NCBI GenBank assembly: GCA_963662405.2 | Contig: CAXXKT010000002.1 | Span: 160,001 to 224,000 of the forward strand | Direction of reading: 5' to 3' | Source: Syntrophales bacterium | GTDB lineage: Bacteria > Desulfobacterota > Syntrophia > Syntrophales > UBA2210 | Length of the DNA: 64,000 nt | Part shown: positions 41,912 through 53,343 of the stretch, piece after piece | How the letters are laid out: each line of letters begins with the position of its first letter | How positions within the stretch are numbered: position 1 is the stretch's first letter | Notes under the pieces: model-generated | Told to the model about the DNA's origin: nothing | Databases searched by the model: none | What the model saw: the letters and a program-made list of their open reading frames with translations, nothing else | Position numbers and translations under genes: made by a program

Positions 41912-42238
41912 CTACGGCCGCCTCGGAAACCGGCCCCCTTTGAACAGGATATAGCCCCCCAAGATGATCAGGAGAACCGGAAAGATGTATTTCCCCCAAT
42001 TCTGCACCTCGGGATAAAAATTTTTCATCACGAAGAATCCGACACCGGCGGCCCCGATGATCCATGCACCGACATCCCTGAAACGCTGGGCAAGCATGGT
42101 GACGGCGATCACGATGAACAGGATCGGCCAGCTCTTATCGAACCCGTATATATCACTGTTGCTCAGGACCAAGAGAATACCGAGCGTAATCAGGATAACG
42201 GCACCGATGACCCCTCGTATTTTTCCTTCTGTTCTCAC
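41912..42238 (-). CDS. small membrane protein (LiaF-TM/DUF5668-like)
   Basis: GAVILITLGILLVL, WPILFIVI, FPVLLIILG. Confidence 0.7.
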   Translation of the reverse strand: MRTEGKIRGVIGAVILITLGILLVLSNSDIYGFDKSWPILFIVIAVTMLAQRFRDVGAWIIGAAGVGFFVMKNFYPEVQNWGKYIFPVLLIILGGYILFKGGRFPRRP

Positions 42239-42269
42239 GGCACACCCCCTTCGTGGTTATTGCGTTGCA

Positions 42270-43022
42270 TCAATCCTTCTTTGTAATTTCCATAAAGGGC
42301 TTGAACAGGTCGATCGGTATGGGGAAAAGGGTCGTCGAGTTATTTTCCGCGGCGACGAGCGCAAGCGTCTGGAGGTACCGGAGCTGGAGTGCTATGGGCT
42401 GCTCCGCCATCATTTTTCCTGCCTCGGTCAACCGCTGAGCGGCCTGGAATTCACCCTCGGCACTGATCACCTTTGCCCGTCTCTCCCGCTCGGCCTCCGC
42501 CTGCTTCGCCATCGCCCGCTGCATCTCCTGCGGGAGATCGATATGCTTCACCTCGACGGTCGAAACCTTGATTCCCCACGGATCAGTGCTCCGGTCGAGG
42601 ATCTCCTGGAGCTGCGTGTTGATCTTTTCTCTCTCCGCGAGGAGTTCGTCCAGCTCGACCTGTCCGCAGACACTCCTCAGGGTGGTCTGCGCAAGCTGTG
42701 AAGTAGCGTAAAGAAAGTTCTCGACCTCAACGACGGCATGGTTTGCCTCCATGACCCTGAAGTAGATTACCGCGTTCACCTTGACGGAGACATTATCTCG
42801 CGTTATGACATCCTGCGGAGGAACATCCATCGTAATAATCCTCATATCCACCTTCACCATCCGATCTATGACAGGGATCAGGATGATAAGGCCGGGGCCC
42901 TTGGTGGCGATGATTCGTCCCAGGCGAAAGATCACGCCGCGCTCGTACTCGTTGAGGATCCGGATCGAGGCCGCCAGAAACAGCACCACGAGGACAACAA
43001 CGGTTATTATTGTGTACATCAT
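42270..43022 (-). CDS. slipin/stomatin-like SPFH protein
   Basis: [39 protein letters not shown]. Confidence 0.95.
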   Translation of the reverse strand: MMYTIITVVVLVVLFLAASIRILNEYERGVIFRLGRIIATKGPGLIILIPVIDRMVKVDMRIITMDVPPQDVITRDNVSVKVNAVIYFRVMEANHAVVEVENFLYATSQLAQTTLRSVCGQVELDELLAEREKINTQLQEILDRSTDPWGIKVSTVEVKHIDLPQEMQRAMAKQAEAERERRAKVISAEGEFQAAQRLTEAGKMMAEQPIALQLRYLQTLALVAAENNSTTLFPIPIDLFKPFMEITKKD

Positions 43023-43041
43023 ACACCCTCCTCTATATCTT

Positions 43042-44346
43042 TTATGTTTTTTCCACCTTGAGTTTCAATCCTACCGCGCCGACCACCCGCACACCGCTTC
43101 CCTCCTCTATGGGTTCCCTGCTGGATGCGTTCCAGTATTCTCCCTTGATCAGGACCCTCCCCTCGGTATGGACGGGAGTTATGGCAGTGCCTTCCCGACC
43201 GATCATTCCCTCCACCCCCGTAGAAGGCTTCCCCCTCTGGGCCTTCACGGCCAGGGTCACGACGGCGATGAAGAAGAGCGACACCAGCGCCACGGTCGGG
43301 ATCATAACGCTGAGCGAAACCCGCAGGGCCGGGGCCGAGGATTCAAACAGCATGACGGACCCCAACACAAGGGAAATGACTCCCGCTACGCTGAGCATAC
43401 CGTGACTGATGATCTTGATCTCCGCGATGAAGAGTATGATGCCGAACAGGATCAGAGCGATACCGGCATAATTGACGGGAAGGGTCTGCATGGCGAAGAA
43501 GGCGAGGATAAGCGAGATCCCCCCGACCACACCAGGAAGAATCGCTCCCGGGTGGGCGAATTCGAAGTAGAGACCGGCCAGGCCGATCATCATCAAGAGG
43601 TAGGCGATATTGGGGTTGCTGAGGGCCACCAAGACTCGATCTCGTAAACCCATAACCGTATAATTGATAACGGCATTCTTCGTATCGAGGGTCACATCCC
43701 CCGTGGGGAGCCTGACCGTCGTTCCGTCCAGCCTGGCGAGAAGATCTTCCATATCAGATGCGATCATGTCGATCACGTTCAGCTTGAGTGCCTCCGCAGC
43801 CGGGATGGAGACGCTTTCCCTGACCGCCTGTTCGGCCCAGTCGGCGTTACGCATTCGCTGCTGAGCGATCCCCCGGGCGTAGGCAACCGCATCATTTTCC
43901 ACCTTGAGCGCCATCGTATCGTCCATCTTTCCCCCGAGCCCGATCGCCACCGGGTGGGCCGCCCCGATATTGGTCCCCGGTGCCATCGCCGCCACCGAGG
44001 CAGCCATGGTTATCATGACCCCCGCAGATGCTGCGCGGGCGCCGGAGGGGGAGACAAAAACGATGACCGGCAGGGGTGGATTCAGGAGTTCTTTAACGAT
44101 ATCACGCATCGCCAGATCGAGCCCCCCCGGAGTATCGAGAAGAATGATGAGTCCGGCGGAGCCATCGGCACGGGACCGTTCAATGCTCTTGGCAACATAC
44201 TCAGTAACAGCGGGGGTAATGGCCGAATCGACGGAAATAACATCAAAGACAACACCCTGTTCTCCGGCACAAAGTCCCCCTCCCGCAAGAGCAAGAAATA
44301 CACCGAACATCCCGACGGCAACGACGGTCCAGGATCTCCTTTTCAT
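43042..44346 (-). CDS. NfeD-family membrane-bound serine protease (stomatin operon partner)
   Basis: [23 protein letters not shown] block, C-terminal GEYWNA OB domain. Confidence 0.92.
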   Translation of the reverse strand: MKRRSWTVVAVGMFGVFLALAGGGLCAGEQGVVFDVISVDSAITPAVTEYVAKSIERSRADGSAGLIILLDTPGGLDLAMRDIVKELLNPPLPVIVFVSPSGARAASAGVMITMAASVAAMAPGTNIGAAHPVAIGLGGKMDDTMALKVENDAVAYARGIAQQRMRNADWAEQAVRESVSIPAAEALKLNVIDMIASDMEDLLARLDGTTVRLPTGDVTLDTKNAVINYTVMGLRDRVLVALSNPNIAYLLMMIGLAGLYFEFAHPGAILPGVVGGISLILAFFAMQTLPVNYAGIALILFGIILFIAEIKIISHGMLSVAGVISLVLGSVMLFESSAPALRVSLSVMIPTVALVSLFFIAVVTLAVKAQRGKPSTGVEGMIGREGTAITPVHTEGRVLIKGEYWNASSREPIEEGSGVRVVGAVGLKLKVEKT

Positions 44347-44432
44347 GAAACGTCCTCCGCTTGTATCTCAATTACCACTTCTTTTCTACACTGAGAAGCG
44401 GCAGCACTCGGTTCGTCGATTCCCATCACACC

Positions 44433-45131
44433 CTACGGGAGTTCCTTCATAACCATCTGGACATCCTCCCAGACCTGTTTCTTTGCCCCCGGATTTCGCA
44501 GGAGATAGGCGGGGTGGTATGTGGGCATGAGCAAGATGTCATGATACGAGTGGAAACGACCGCGCAGGGCCGAGATGGGGGTATCCGTCTTGAGGAGGGT
44601 CTGGGCCGCAAACTTACCCAAGGCACAGATTACAAGCGGTTGCAAGGATTCAAGCTGTTTCAAAAGGAAGGGCTCACAGGCTTCAATTTCGTCCGGCTCA
44701 GGGTTGCGATTTTTCGGTGGGCGACACTTCAAAATATTACAAATGTAAACCTGCTCTCTCGTCAGACCCATGGCCTTGATAATATCCGTCAGGAGCTGCC
44801 CGGCCCTCCCCACAAAGGGCTTTCCCAGCCGGTCTTCATCAGCACCGGGTGCCTCACCGACGAATACGAGGTCGGCGTTCGGATGCCCCTCCCCGAAAAC
44901 GATATGCTTCCTTCCACTCTGCAGTTTACACCGCATGCATTCGCCCAGCTCAGCCTGGATATCTTCCAGCGTCACGGGAGGAGAGGCATGGACCTGTTCG
45001 GTATCCGTATCGGGGGACAGACCACCCCCCCCCGCGAGACACAGGCTCGACAAAGGAGAGCGCATCCTTCTCACAGACAATACGTGATTCTTCAGGGCAA
45101 CAGTCAGATCCAGGAGTTCATCTCTCATCAT
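44433..45131 (-). CDS. uracil-DNA glycosylase family 4
   Basis: CMRCKL, GEAPG, PFVGRAG, KCRPP, TYHPAYLLR. Confidence 0.93.
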   Translation of the reverse strand: MMRDELLDLTVALKNHVLSVRRMRSPLSSLCLAGGGGLSPDTDTEQVHASPPVTLEDIQAELGECMRCKLQSGRKHIVFGEGHPNADLVFVGEAPGADEDRLGKPFVGRAGQLLTDIIKAMGLTREQVYICNILKCRPPKNRNPEPDEIEACEPFLLKQLESLQPLVICALGKFAAQTLLKTDTPISALRGRFHSYHDILLMPTYHPAYLLRNPGAKKQVWEDVQMVMKELP

Positions 45132-46333
45132 GTATTTTTCCCGACATTGATAATGCGCAGGACTCCATCCAGAATCCTATCAGCCACATCTTTTTTATCC
45201 ATAAGAGGAAGCTCCTCAATTGCTCCTGTCGTGTCCAGAATCTTCACGAGATTCGTGTCATGCTGAAATCCGGAACCGGGAAGGCCCAACTCATTCGCTA
45301 CGATCAGGTCCATCGCCTTGGCCTTCATCTTCGCCCGTGCATTCGCAATGAGATCTTCCGTCTCCATGGCGAATCCCACCAGGATCCGATCTCCCTTTTT
45401 CTTACCGATCTCGGAGATGATATCGGGTGTCCTCTCGAGACTGATATCCCGGACGCCGGATTCTTTCTTGATTTTCACGGCCGAAACCGTGGACGGACGA
45501 TAATCTGCTACCGCGGCGGCCTTGATGATGACGGTTGCTTCCTCCAGGTGCCGCATCACGGCATCCCGCATCTCGACGGCACTTGACACCCCGACAAATC
45601 GCACACCGACAGGTTTGGTGAGTGAGGTCGGGCCACTGACCAGGGTCACCTCGGCACCTCTCATCCGGGCGGCAACAGCCAGGGCGTACCCCATCTTCCC
45701 GGACGAATGATTGGATATGTACCGCACCGGGTCGAAAGCCTCTTGGGTGGGACCGGCAGTCACCAGTATCCGCTGCCCCTTCAGGTCCTTTCGGGTCAGG
45801 ATTGCAGCCACCTCTTCGGCAATACCGAGGGGATCAGGAAGCCTCCCTTTCCCCGTTGTCTTACAGGCAAGTTCCCCGTGTTCGGCATCCATAAAGAGAT
45901 ATCCCCGTGCGGAAAGGCTGTCCATATTGGATTGGAGAATCGGATTGTCATACATATTGACGTTCATGGCCGGGCATATCAGCACCGGGGCCTTGGTGGC
46001 CGCGACGGTCGAGGTGAGGAGATCATCGGCGATACCCGCCGCTATCTTTCCAATGATATTGTAGGTCGCAGGTGCGATGACGACGATGTTTGCCTCCTGC
46101 GCCAGGGAGATATGGTGTATGTCCCAATCCCCCGGGGAAGAAAACATCTCCGCGTAAACGGGGCTGCCGGAGAGGGTCTGGAGGGTAAGCGGCGTTATGA
46201 ACCTGGTTGCGTTCTCGGTCATAATCACCTTCACAATTGCTCCCCTTTTGATAAACTCCCGCGTCAGTTCGGCCGTTTTATACGCGGCAATCCCACCGGC
46301 AATACCCAAAACGATTTTCTTGTCTTTCAGCAT
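45128..46333 (-). CDS. coaBC: phosphopantothenoylcysteine decarboxylase/ligase
   Basis: GGIAAYK, PAMNVNM, GELAC, TAGPT, SNHSSGKMG, AAVADY. Confidence 0.96.
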   Translation of the reverse strand: MLKDKKIVLGIAGGIAAYKTAELTREFIKRGAIVKVIMTENATRFITPLTLQTLSGSPVYAEMFSSPGDWDIHHISLAQEANIVVIAPATYNIIGKIAAGIADDLLTSTVAATKAPVLICPAMNVNMYDNPILQSNMDSLSARGYLFMDAEHGELACKTTGKGRLPDPLGIAEEVAAILTRKDLKGQRILVTAGPTQEAFDPVRYISNHSSGKMGYALAVAARMRGAEVTLVSGPTSLTKPVGVRFVGVSSAVEMRDAVMRHLEEATVIIKAAAVADYRPSTVSAVKIKKESGVRDISLERTPDIISEIGKKKGDRILVGFAMETEDLIANARAKMKAKAMDLIVANELGLPGSGFQHDTNLVKILDTTGAIEELPLMDKKDVADRILDGVLRIINVGKNT

Positions 46334-46492
46334 ACTTCTTCCCTTAAAGTGCCACTTATTCGGGATGATGATCCGTCTCACCAAGCTGTCCCGAGATCTC
46401 TCGGGAATAAAATCCGTTGAAAAACATAACAGTTATTGTATATAAGGTCAACTGCTAAGCAATCACCGGGGGATAAGAGAAGAGAGGTTTGG

Positions 46493-47824
46493 ATGAGGAG
46501 ATATCTGAAAATTCTGGGTCTAGTCGTACTGCTTCCTTTGATAGGAACTGGCATTTGGTTGCTTCTGGTGTTCTACGAGGGAGAAGCTCCCGCCATTCTT
46601 TTGAGCAGAGGGATCGAGGTTGTCGGGCAAAAAACTATTTTTGATATCACCTGCACCGACGAGAAAAGCGGCATTCGTAATATCTCTGTTGCGATATCCC
46701 AGGATGGGAAGAGGAGCATCATCGAATCCGTGAATCTCGCGGCGCGTGGCACACGCCAAAAAATCATTCCAATCGATTTGCGTCCCTCAGACCTGAAACT
46801 CCACGACGGAGAGGCTCGTGTCGACATATCCGTAACCGACTTTTCTTTCAGGAAGAATACACATTCTCTGACGATCAATGTCGTTATCGATACGATCCCT
46901 CCCCGAATATCTCCCATGAACGCGTATCACTATATAAATCCGGGGGGATCGTGTGTAGTTGTTTACTCTCTCTCGGAGGTCGTCCCCCGAACAGGGGTAC
47001 AGGTCGGCACCGATTTCTACACCTCCTGTCCTGAGCCTACAACAGACGGTGGGAAGCGTTATATTTCTTATTTTGCCATCCCGTGTGACAATGCGCCGGC
47101 GGAAAAATTGAAAATCCAGATCCTCGCCGAGGATAGGGCCGGCAACACCAGTTTTTTTGCACTTCCTTTCCACGTCAGAAACAAGACGTTTCGCAATGAC
47201 AGGATGAACATCTCGCAACGGTTCCTCGAGATGAAGATGCCTGAATTTCAGAACCGGTACAAAAATTTGCAGGGACTTCCCCTGGTCGATGCATTCTCAT
47301 ACGTCAACAAGGAGATGCGAGCACAAAACAAGGAAATCATCGAAACCATCTGCAAGGAGACAAGGCCCGAAAAGCTTTGGGAGGGACCGTTCCTCCGGAT
47401 GAGCAATACCGCGACCATGGCAACCTTTGGTGACCGGAGGACCTACTACCACGAGAAAGCAATCATCAGCAAAAGCATTCACAAGGGAGTTGATCTCGCG
47501 TCAACAAGAAACGCACCGGTGGAGGCATCAAACACAGGGATCGTCATTTTCACTGGATATATTGGCATTTACGGGAACACGGTTATCATCGATCACGGGA
47601 TGGGACTGTGCAGCCTGTACGCACATCTTTCGTCAATTAACACAGACAAGGGTCAACCCGTTACAAAGGGAGAGATCATTGGCAGGACAGGAATGACCGG
47701 TATGGCCGGGGGTGACCACCTCCACTTTGGGATGATCGTTGGGGGGGAATTTGTTAACCCGGTTGAATGGTGGGATCCCCACTGGATACGAGACAACGTA
47801 ACGCGAAAATTGGTGGATGAGTGA
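46493..47824 (+). CDS. membrane-anchored M23 family metallopeptidase
   Basis: N-terminal TM; HKGVD, YGNTVIIDHG, YAHL, HLHF. Confidence 0.92.
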   Translation: MRRYLKILGLVVLLPLIGTGIWLLLVFYEGEAPAILLSRGIEVVGQKTIFDITCTDEKSGIRNISVAISQDGKRSIIESVNLAARGTRQKIIPIDLRPSDLKLHDGEARVDISVTDFSFRKNTHSLTINVVIDTIPPRISPMNAYHYINPGGSCVVVYSLSEVVPRTGVQVGTDFYTSCPEPTTDGGKRYISYFAIPCDNAPAEKLKIQILAEDRAGNTSFFALPFHVRNKTFRNDRMNISQRFLEMKMPEFQNRYKNLQGLPLVDAFSYVNKEMRAQNKEIIETICKETRPEKLWEGPFLRMSNTATMATFGDRRTYYHEKAIISKSIHKGVDLASTRNAPVEASNTGIVIFTGYIGIYGNTVIIDHGMGLCSLYAHLSSINTDKGQPVTKGEIIGRTGMTGMAGGDHLHFGMIVGGEFVNPVEWWDPHWIRDNVTRKLVDE

Positions 47825-48691
47825 TCAGGGTTTGTCGATATCACGGTGGCTGACGTGCACCGTATAGGTTCTTTTAGTAAAGTGCCGAGCCAACTGGTTC
47901 AGAATAACCACGGATCGGTGTCTTCCTCCGGTACACCCGACAGCAATATTTAAGTATGATTTACCCTCTTTCTCATAGAGAGGTGTGAGAAATACCATCA
48001 TGTCTAAGAGTCGTTTGAGAAACTCCTCGGTGTCATCCCACCCCATAACATACTCTTCAACGGATCTTTCGATCCCCGTCTGTCCCTTGAGTCGCTCGAT
48101 AAAATAAGGATTGGGGAGAAACCGCACATCCAGCACAATATCCGCATCAGGGGGGATACCGAAACGGTATCCGAACGATATCAGATTGATAATGAGTTTC
48201 CTGGTTTCGTCGGAAGCGAGATAGAGCCGCTGGACATGTTCCTTCAGCTGGTGGACACTGTAACTCGAGGTGTCGAGGACCTGGCTGGCCATCCCCTTCA
48301 GTTTCTGAAGTTTTTCCCGCTCCAGCCTGATGCTCTCTAAAATGGTCTTGTCTTTCGAAAGAGGATGTTTCCTCCTTGTCTCACTAAATCTTCGCAGGAG
48401 CAACTCATCACTCGTATCAAGAAAGAGTATCTCGATATTGTATCGTCTCTTCCTTAGGCGGGAGAGGACCTCAATGTGTTTCTCAAGGAAGTGCTTTTCG
48501 CGCAGGTCCATCACCAGAGCTATCTTGGAGATCTCGGACGAAGCCCCGGTCTGGAGATCCAAAAACTTGGGGAGAAGCATAACCGGGAGATTATCGACGC
48601 AGAAAAAGCCGATATCTTCCAAGGCCTTCAAGGCCGTGCTCTTTCCGGAACCGGACAAACCGGTTATGATGACGATACGCAGATTCTCCAT
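47825..48691 (-). CDS. rapZ: RNase adapter RapZ
   Basis: GLSGSGKS, CVDNLP, FSETRRKHPL, DVRFLPNP, GCTGGRHRSV. Confidence 0.95.
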   Translation of the reverse strand: MENLRIVIITGLSGSGKSTALKALEDIGFFCVDNLPVMLLPKFLDLQTGASSEISKIALVMDLREKHFLEKHIEVLSRLRKRRYNIEILFLDTSDELLLRRFSETRRKHPLSKDKTILESIRLEREKLQKLKGMASQVLDTSSYSVHQLKEHVQRLYLASDETRKLIINLISFGYRFGIPPDADIVLDVRFLPNPYFIERLKGQTGIERSVEEYVMGWDDTEEFLKRLLDMMVFLTPLYEKEGKSYLNIAVGCTGGRHRSVVILNQLARHFTKRTYTVHVSHRDIDKP

Positions 48692-48792
48692 CACCCTGCC
48701 GTACAACAGGTTATTGCTCCCTTTCAGCACCACGGGCCACGTATAGCACACTGCCGAGGCTTTTGCTGCAAACGACCGGTGCGGACAAACGT

Positions 48793-49260
48793 TTACATAT
48801 ATGCCTTGTCTTTCTCTACAATAATATCATATATCGCTTCAGCTGAATCAGCTTCGACAAGAGATTCCCGAAACGAAACATCCTTCAACATACGCGAGAT
48901 CTTGGCCAGGGCCTTCAGATGCTGTCCCGCTGAGTTTTCCGGAGCCACCAGGAGAAAAAAGAGGTGTACCGGCCCACCGTCCAGAGAATCGAAATCAACC
49001 CCGACTCGGCTTCTTCCAAATGAAACAATGAGGTTCTCAAGGCCTTTCAGTTTTCCATGAGGTATGGCAATTCCTTCTCCGATACCCGTGCTCCCGAGCT
49101 TTTCGCGATCCATCAAGACTTCAACTACGGAGTCGCGGTCGATATCCGTGTTATCATGTAGGAAGACCTCAGATAATTCAGCGAGCGCCTCTTTCTTCGT
49201 CTTGGATTTCAGATCGTCTATAATATAGTCTTTCCTTAGCATATCCTGGATATTCACCAT
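48793..49260 (-). CDS. ptsN: PTS EIIA (Ntr)
   Basis: REKLGSTGIGEGIAIPH; position in the rpoN cluster. Confidence 0.92.
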   Translation of the reverse strand: MVNIQDMLRKDYIIDDLKSKTKKEALAELSEVFLHDNTDIDRDSVVEVLMDREKLGSTGIGEGIAIPHGKLKGLENLIVSFGRSRVGVDFDSLDGGPVHLFFLLVAPENSAGQHLKALAKISRMLKDVSFRESLVEADSAEAIYDIIVEKDKAYM

Positions 49261-49278
49261 GTTTCACTACCCCGTTTT

Positions 49279-49821
49279 TTAGCTGTTGGTCTCTATCAGG
49301 AGATACCTCCCATCATCTCGACGGTAAAGAATGGATACATTCTCCGAGGAAGAATCCCGATAGACGAGAAACCGGTTGTTTGATTCATCCATTTCCAGGA
49401 TCGCATCGTCCAGAGACATGGGCTCCAGTATCACCTTTTGTGTCTTCGCCACCCTGGAACCCTCGTCGAACTCGTCGTCTTCGACAACAAACGGCTCCTC
49501 GGGACCGACAGCCTCGCCCATCGAAGTAACGTCTTTATGGTTCCTCACCTTTTGCTTGTACTTTTTTATCTGCCGTTCCACCTTATCGATCACTGCATCG
49601 ATGGCAAGGGTCATTTCTTTCGCCTCTTCCTTGCCCTGCAAGGTGATGCCTTTGGCAGAAAGGTTTATCTCCGCAACGTTCCTGAATTTTTCAACAGCCA
49701 ATACCACACTTGCATTGACCGGCTTGTCGATATACCGCTCAATCCTGGTCATCTTCTTCCCAACATAATCTTTCAACCATTCCCCGGCTTCCATGTTTCG
49801 GAAGGTAAATGAGATTTGCAT
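49279..49821 (-). CDS. hpf: ribosome hibernation promoting factor (long HPF)
   Basis: AIDAVIDKVERQIKKYK; C-terminal PMSLDDA..LYRRDDG. Confidence 0.92.
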   Translation of the reverse strand: MQISFTFRNMEAGEWLKDYVGKKMTRIERYIDKPVNASVVLAVEKFRNVAEINLSAKGITLQGKEEAKEMTLAIDAVIDKVERQIKKYKQKVRNHKDVTSMGEAVGPEEPFVVEDDEFDEGSRVAKTQKVILEPMSLDDAILEMDESNNRFLVYRDSSSENVSILYRRDDGRYLLIETNS

Positions 49822-49920
49822 GCTGTCTCTCCTCTCAACTCGTTTCCATCTATCAGTCTCGTGATGAAACCCCGCCTTATATGTGAGCCGACATCAAAAG
49901 TCAATCGGTATTTCACCGGA

Positions 49921-51360
49921 TCAAAAGTACCGCTTGCGTTTTGACGACGGCAATATCCCCAACATATCCCTGTATTTCGCGACAGTTCTTCGGGCAATCG
50001 ATATATTCGATTCCGCGAGTATCTTCACGATCTGACTGTCGTTATACGGTTTTTTGCTGTCCTCTCCGGCGACAATCTGCCGTATCTTTTCCTTGACGCT
50101 CTGAGATGCGATCTGCACATCTCCCGTCCTATTTATCCCGCTGTTGAAGAAGTATTTCAACTCAAATATTCCTCGTGGGGTATGCATGTATTTGTTTGTG
50201 GTAACTCGGCTGATAGTCGATTCATGCATCTGCACATCGGCAGCGATATCCCTCAGAACCATTGGTTTCAAATAGCTGATACCCTTATCGAAGAATTCAA
50301 TCTGATGATCCAGGATAGACTCTGATACCCGGTAAATCGTCTTTTGCCGCTGCTCAATACTCTTGATCAGCCAGGTAGCGGATTGTAAACGCTCTTTGAT
50401 ATAATTCTTACTCGTCTCTTCCCCATGCGATTTAATTCCGCCCATGATTTCCTTATAGAAGTTACTCACCCGTAACTTCGGCAGGCCATCATCGTTAAGG
50501 GTAATGCGGTACCGATCTCCAAGCTTAAAGACGAATACATCCGGAATAATATACTGGGGCCTCTCTTCGTTGTACGGAAGCCCCGGTTTGGGATTCAACG
50601 ACCCTATTACCAGGGCTGCCTGTTCGACATCGGCGAGGGGGATCTTTTCCTTATTGGCAATATTCTGATAGTTTCGGGTCTCAAGATCTTTCAGGTAACT
50701 GTTTACAATCTTTGCGGGAAGATCAAATTCAATATCAAGAAAGCGAAGCTGGATCAGGAGACACTCTTTCAAATCCCGTGCAGCAACGCCGGGAGGGTCA
50801 AATTCCTGTATCTTGGCAACGACTTCTTCAACAAAAAATGGCTCGACCTCTTCCAAGGCGGCTATTTCTTCAGACGTGGCGAGCAGGTATCCATCACCGT
50901 TCAGGTTACCGATGATCTGCTCGCCCACCCGTCGTTCCAAATCGGTAAACCGCGACAGGCTAAGCTGCCATTGAAGATGATCAGACAAGGAACCTGAACG
51001 GGTGAGCATATTCTCGAAAGGCGGTGCATCCACATCCTCACGCCCTTGGTGCGGTACACCCATGGGACCGAAATCTTCGAGATAATTGTCCCAGTCAAAT
51101 TCTTCCTTCCCATCTCCTTCTCCGGTGATCTCCTTTGACGCCGGCGCAATCTTTATATCTTCAATCTCCGGGACAATCTCCGTATCCGGATCGTTTTCAA
51201 CAGAGCGTTCTTCAAGAAGAGGGTTTTCTTCTAGCTCCTGATTGATGGCATCCACCAGTTCGATCCGCGAAAGCTGGAGGAGTTTGATCGATTGTTGCAA
51301 CTGCGGGGTCATAACCAGTTGCTGCGTCAATTTCAAAGTCTGTTTCAGCTCAAAAACCAT
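49921..51360 (-). CDS. rpoN: RNA polymerase sigma-54 factor
   Basis: MTPQLQQSIKLLQ, HESTISR, RpoN box ARRTVAKYR. Confidence 0.98.
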   Translation of the reverse strand: MVFELKQTLKLTQQLVMTPQLQQSIKLLQLSRIELVDAINQELEENPLLEERSVENDPDTEIVPEIEDIKIAPASKEITGEGDGKEEFDWDNYLEDFGPMGVPHQGREDVDAPPFENMLTRSGSLSDHLQWQLSLSRFTDLERRVGEQIIGNLNGDGYLLATSEEIAALEEVEPFFVEEVVAKIQEFDPPGVAARDLKECLLIQLRFLDIEFDLPAKIVNSYLKDLETRNYQNIANKEKIPLADVEQAALVIGSLNPKPGLPYNEERPQYIIPDVFVFKLGDRYRITLNDDGLPKLRVSNFYKEIMGGIKSHGEETSKNYIKERLQSATWLIKSIEQRQKTIYRVSESILDHQIEFFDKGISYLKPMVLRDIAADVQMHESTISRVTTNKYMHTPRGIFELKYFFNSGINRTGDVQIASQSVKEKIRQIVAGEDSKKPYNDSQIVKILAESNISIARRTVAKYRDMLGILPSSKRKRYF

Positions 51361-51416
51361 TGTCCCATCCGTATCTTACACAAAAGAGGATGTTTTTTAG
51401 CCCCAATAGACGACCT

Positions 51417-52139
51417 TTAAAGACCAAAATCCTTCCCAAGATAAATCTTCCGGGCAATCTCGCTACCCGCTATCGTATCCGGATCACCGTCGATCAAAAC
51501 CGATCCCTCGTTGACGATATATGCCCTGTCACAGACTTTGAGGGTCTCTCGTACATTGTGATCGGAGATCAGGACACCGATTCCCTTTGAGCGCAGGGCA
51601 CTGATGATGTTCTGTATATCAGCCACCGCTATCGGATCGATTCCTGCAAAGGGTTCGTCAAGGAGCATATATTGGGGTGAGGTCACTAGGGCGCGCGTAA
51701 TCTCGACCCGTCTTCGTTCTCCCCCTGAAAGCGAATATGCCATACTCTTTGAAATTCCTGATAAATCCAGCTCATTGAGGAGTTCGCGCAATCGTTCCTG
51801 CCGCTCTGACTTGTCCAGATATAACGTTTCAAGGACGGCCATGATGTTATCCTCGACAGACAGTTTTCGGAAGACCGACGGTTCCTGCGGCAGGTAATTA
51901 ATCCCTTTGCGTGCCCGCATATACATGGGATCCCGGCTGATATCCACATCATTGAGCAGGATGCTTCCACCATCCGGTCGTACGAGCCCGACTATCATAT
52001 AAAAAGTCGTGGTTTTTCCCGCACCGTTCGGTCCCAGAAGACCGACCACCTCTCCTCGATGAATCTCCAGGTTGACATGATCGACGACCCGTCTTCCATC
52101 ATACGTCTTTACCAGCTCTTTTGCCAACAGTGCTTCCAC
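51417..52139 (-). CDS. lptB: LPS export ABC transporter ATP-binding protein
   Basis: GPNGAGKTTTFYM, YLPQEPSVFR, DEPFAGIDP, DHNVRETL; GTG start inferred. Confidence 0.95.
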   Translation of the reverse strand: MEALLAKELVKTYDGRRVVDHVNLEIHRGEVVGLLGPNGAGKTTTFYMIVGLVRPDGGSILLNDVDISRDPMYMRARKGINYLPQEPSVFRKLSVEDNIMAVLETLYLDKSERQERLRELLNELDLSGISKSMAYSLSGGERRRVEITRALVTSPQYMLLDEPFAGIDPIAVADIQNIISALRSKGIGVLISDHNVRETLKVCDRAYIVNEGSVLIDGDPDTIAGSEIARKIYLGKDFGL

Positions 52140-52143
52140 AGAT

Positions 52144-52722
52144 TCAATCCGCCTGACCGGGTGACTCGCCCGTGGGTAAAACGTCACTTTCGGGATAGAT
52201 AACGGCATTTACTCGTTTCTTTCCACCGGAGCTCTGAACCATCCCCCTGTTTTCTTTCAGGAATACTGTTATCTTGTCCCCTGTTATCATATTGTTCCCC
52301 TCGCGCATCACGGCATGACCGGTCATAACAACCGTCTGATCTGCATTATGGAAAACGGCCCGATCCCCGGTAACGACTCGCCCCCCCTTTTCTACAGTTA
52401 CATTGCCTTTCAACTCGATTTTTTCTATTTTTCCGCCGCTGGTCGCTCCAGGAGAAATCGATTTTTCGCCCGCGTCACTCTTATCGTAGTAGAGATACAA
52501 CTCATCTGCGCATATGACCGCATCATCCTGCGTCGCGACGACATTGCCCGAGAAAAGGACAAGGGCCTCATTATCATAGGCATCCAGACGATCAGAGGTG
52601 ATTTGGATCGGACTGTTTGAACGGGGCCGCGAGAAACTTTCCGCTCCGTACACGTTCGTCATTCCCGTGACCAGAGGAAAAAAAACCGCAAACAACAGAA
52701 ACGGAATACACCTTGGTTTCAT
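52144..52722 (-). CDS. lptA: LPS transport periplasmic protein
   Basis: Signal peptide, PIQITSD, FSGNVVATQ, OstA-like pattern; synteny. Confidence 0.85.
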   Translation of the reverse strand: MKPRCIPFLLFAVFFPLVTGMTNVYGAESFSRPRSNSPIQITSDRLDAYDNEALVLFSGNVVATQDDAVICADELYLYYDKSDAGEKSISPGATSGGKIEKIELKGNVTVEKGGRVVTGDRAVFHNADQTVVMTGHAVMREGNNMITGDKITVFLKENRGMVQSSGGKKRVNAVIYPESDVLPTGESPGQAD

Positions 52723-52770
52723 ATATACTTTTCTCCTCGGCTTCCCATTATCCTTCTCGGATTTTTTTCG

Positions 52771-53343
52771 TTACATCCAGTCTCTGCTAATGGTGGCCTG
52801 AACATCCGATAACAGAGTCGCCTTCCTGCATTTCATTGAAAGGTCCATACCGACACCTCGCACGGAGGTACCGGAACGCAACATTCTAACGGCGTCCTTC
52901 GTGTGGATCACCCCATCTCCACCATTATGGCTATAGTGAAGGCTTGCCGTTTCAAAACGATCCCCTCGATCCGAAAGGGCAACCACATGGCCGCATATAT
53001 CCACATCCCTCGTGTCGGTATGCAACGAACCACTTTCCCCGGTTATCACGTACACATCACCATTCGAAAAGATGAGTCGGACCCGAACATTCTCGAAGAG
53101 GGTTACGTTATTCTCCTTGCTATACGTTGCCGTGTCGGCATTGATTTCCCATGTCAAATCGGGATCACCCACCTCGGTATAATGAAAATCCCGTATCCGA
53201 AAATCGACCTTGTCTGAAAGCACTTTCAGGACACTCGCTTCCCTGTGAGCGGTGCACAGCATGTACAGAACCAGCGCCCCGACAAGGAGAAAAAAGATCC
53301 CCCCTCCTACAAACAGTTTCTTGGCAGATAATTTTCCAAGCAA
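52771..53343 (-). CDS. lptC: LPS export protein LptC
   Basis: N-terminal TM then WEINADTA beta-rich domain; synteny. Confidence 0.8.
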   Translation of the reverse strand: MLGKLSAKKLFVGGGIFFLLVGALVLYMLCTAHREASVLKVLSDKVDFRIRDFHYTEVGDPDLTWEINADTATYSKENNVTLFENVRVRLIFSNGDVYVITGESGSLHTDTRDVDICGHVVALSDRGDRFETASLHYSHNGGDGVIHTKDAVRMLRSGTSVRGVGMDLSMKCRKATLLSDVQATISRDWM

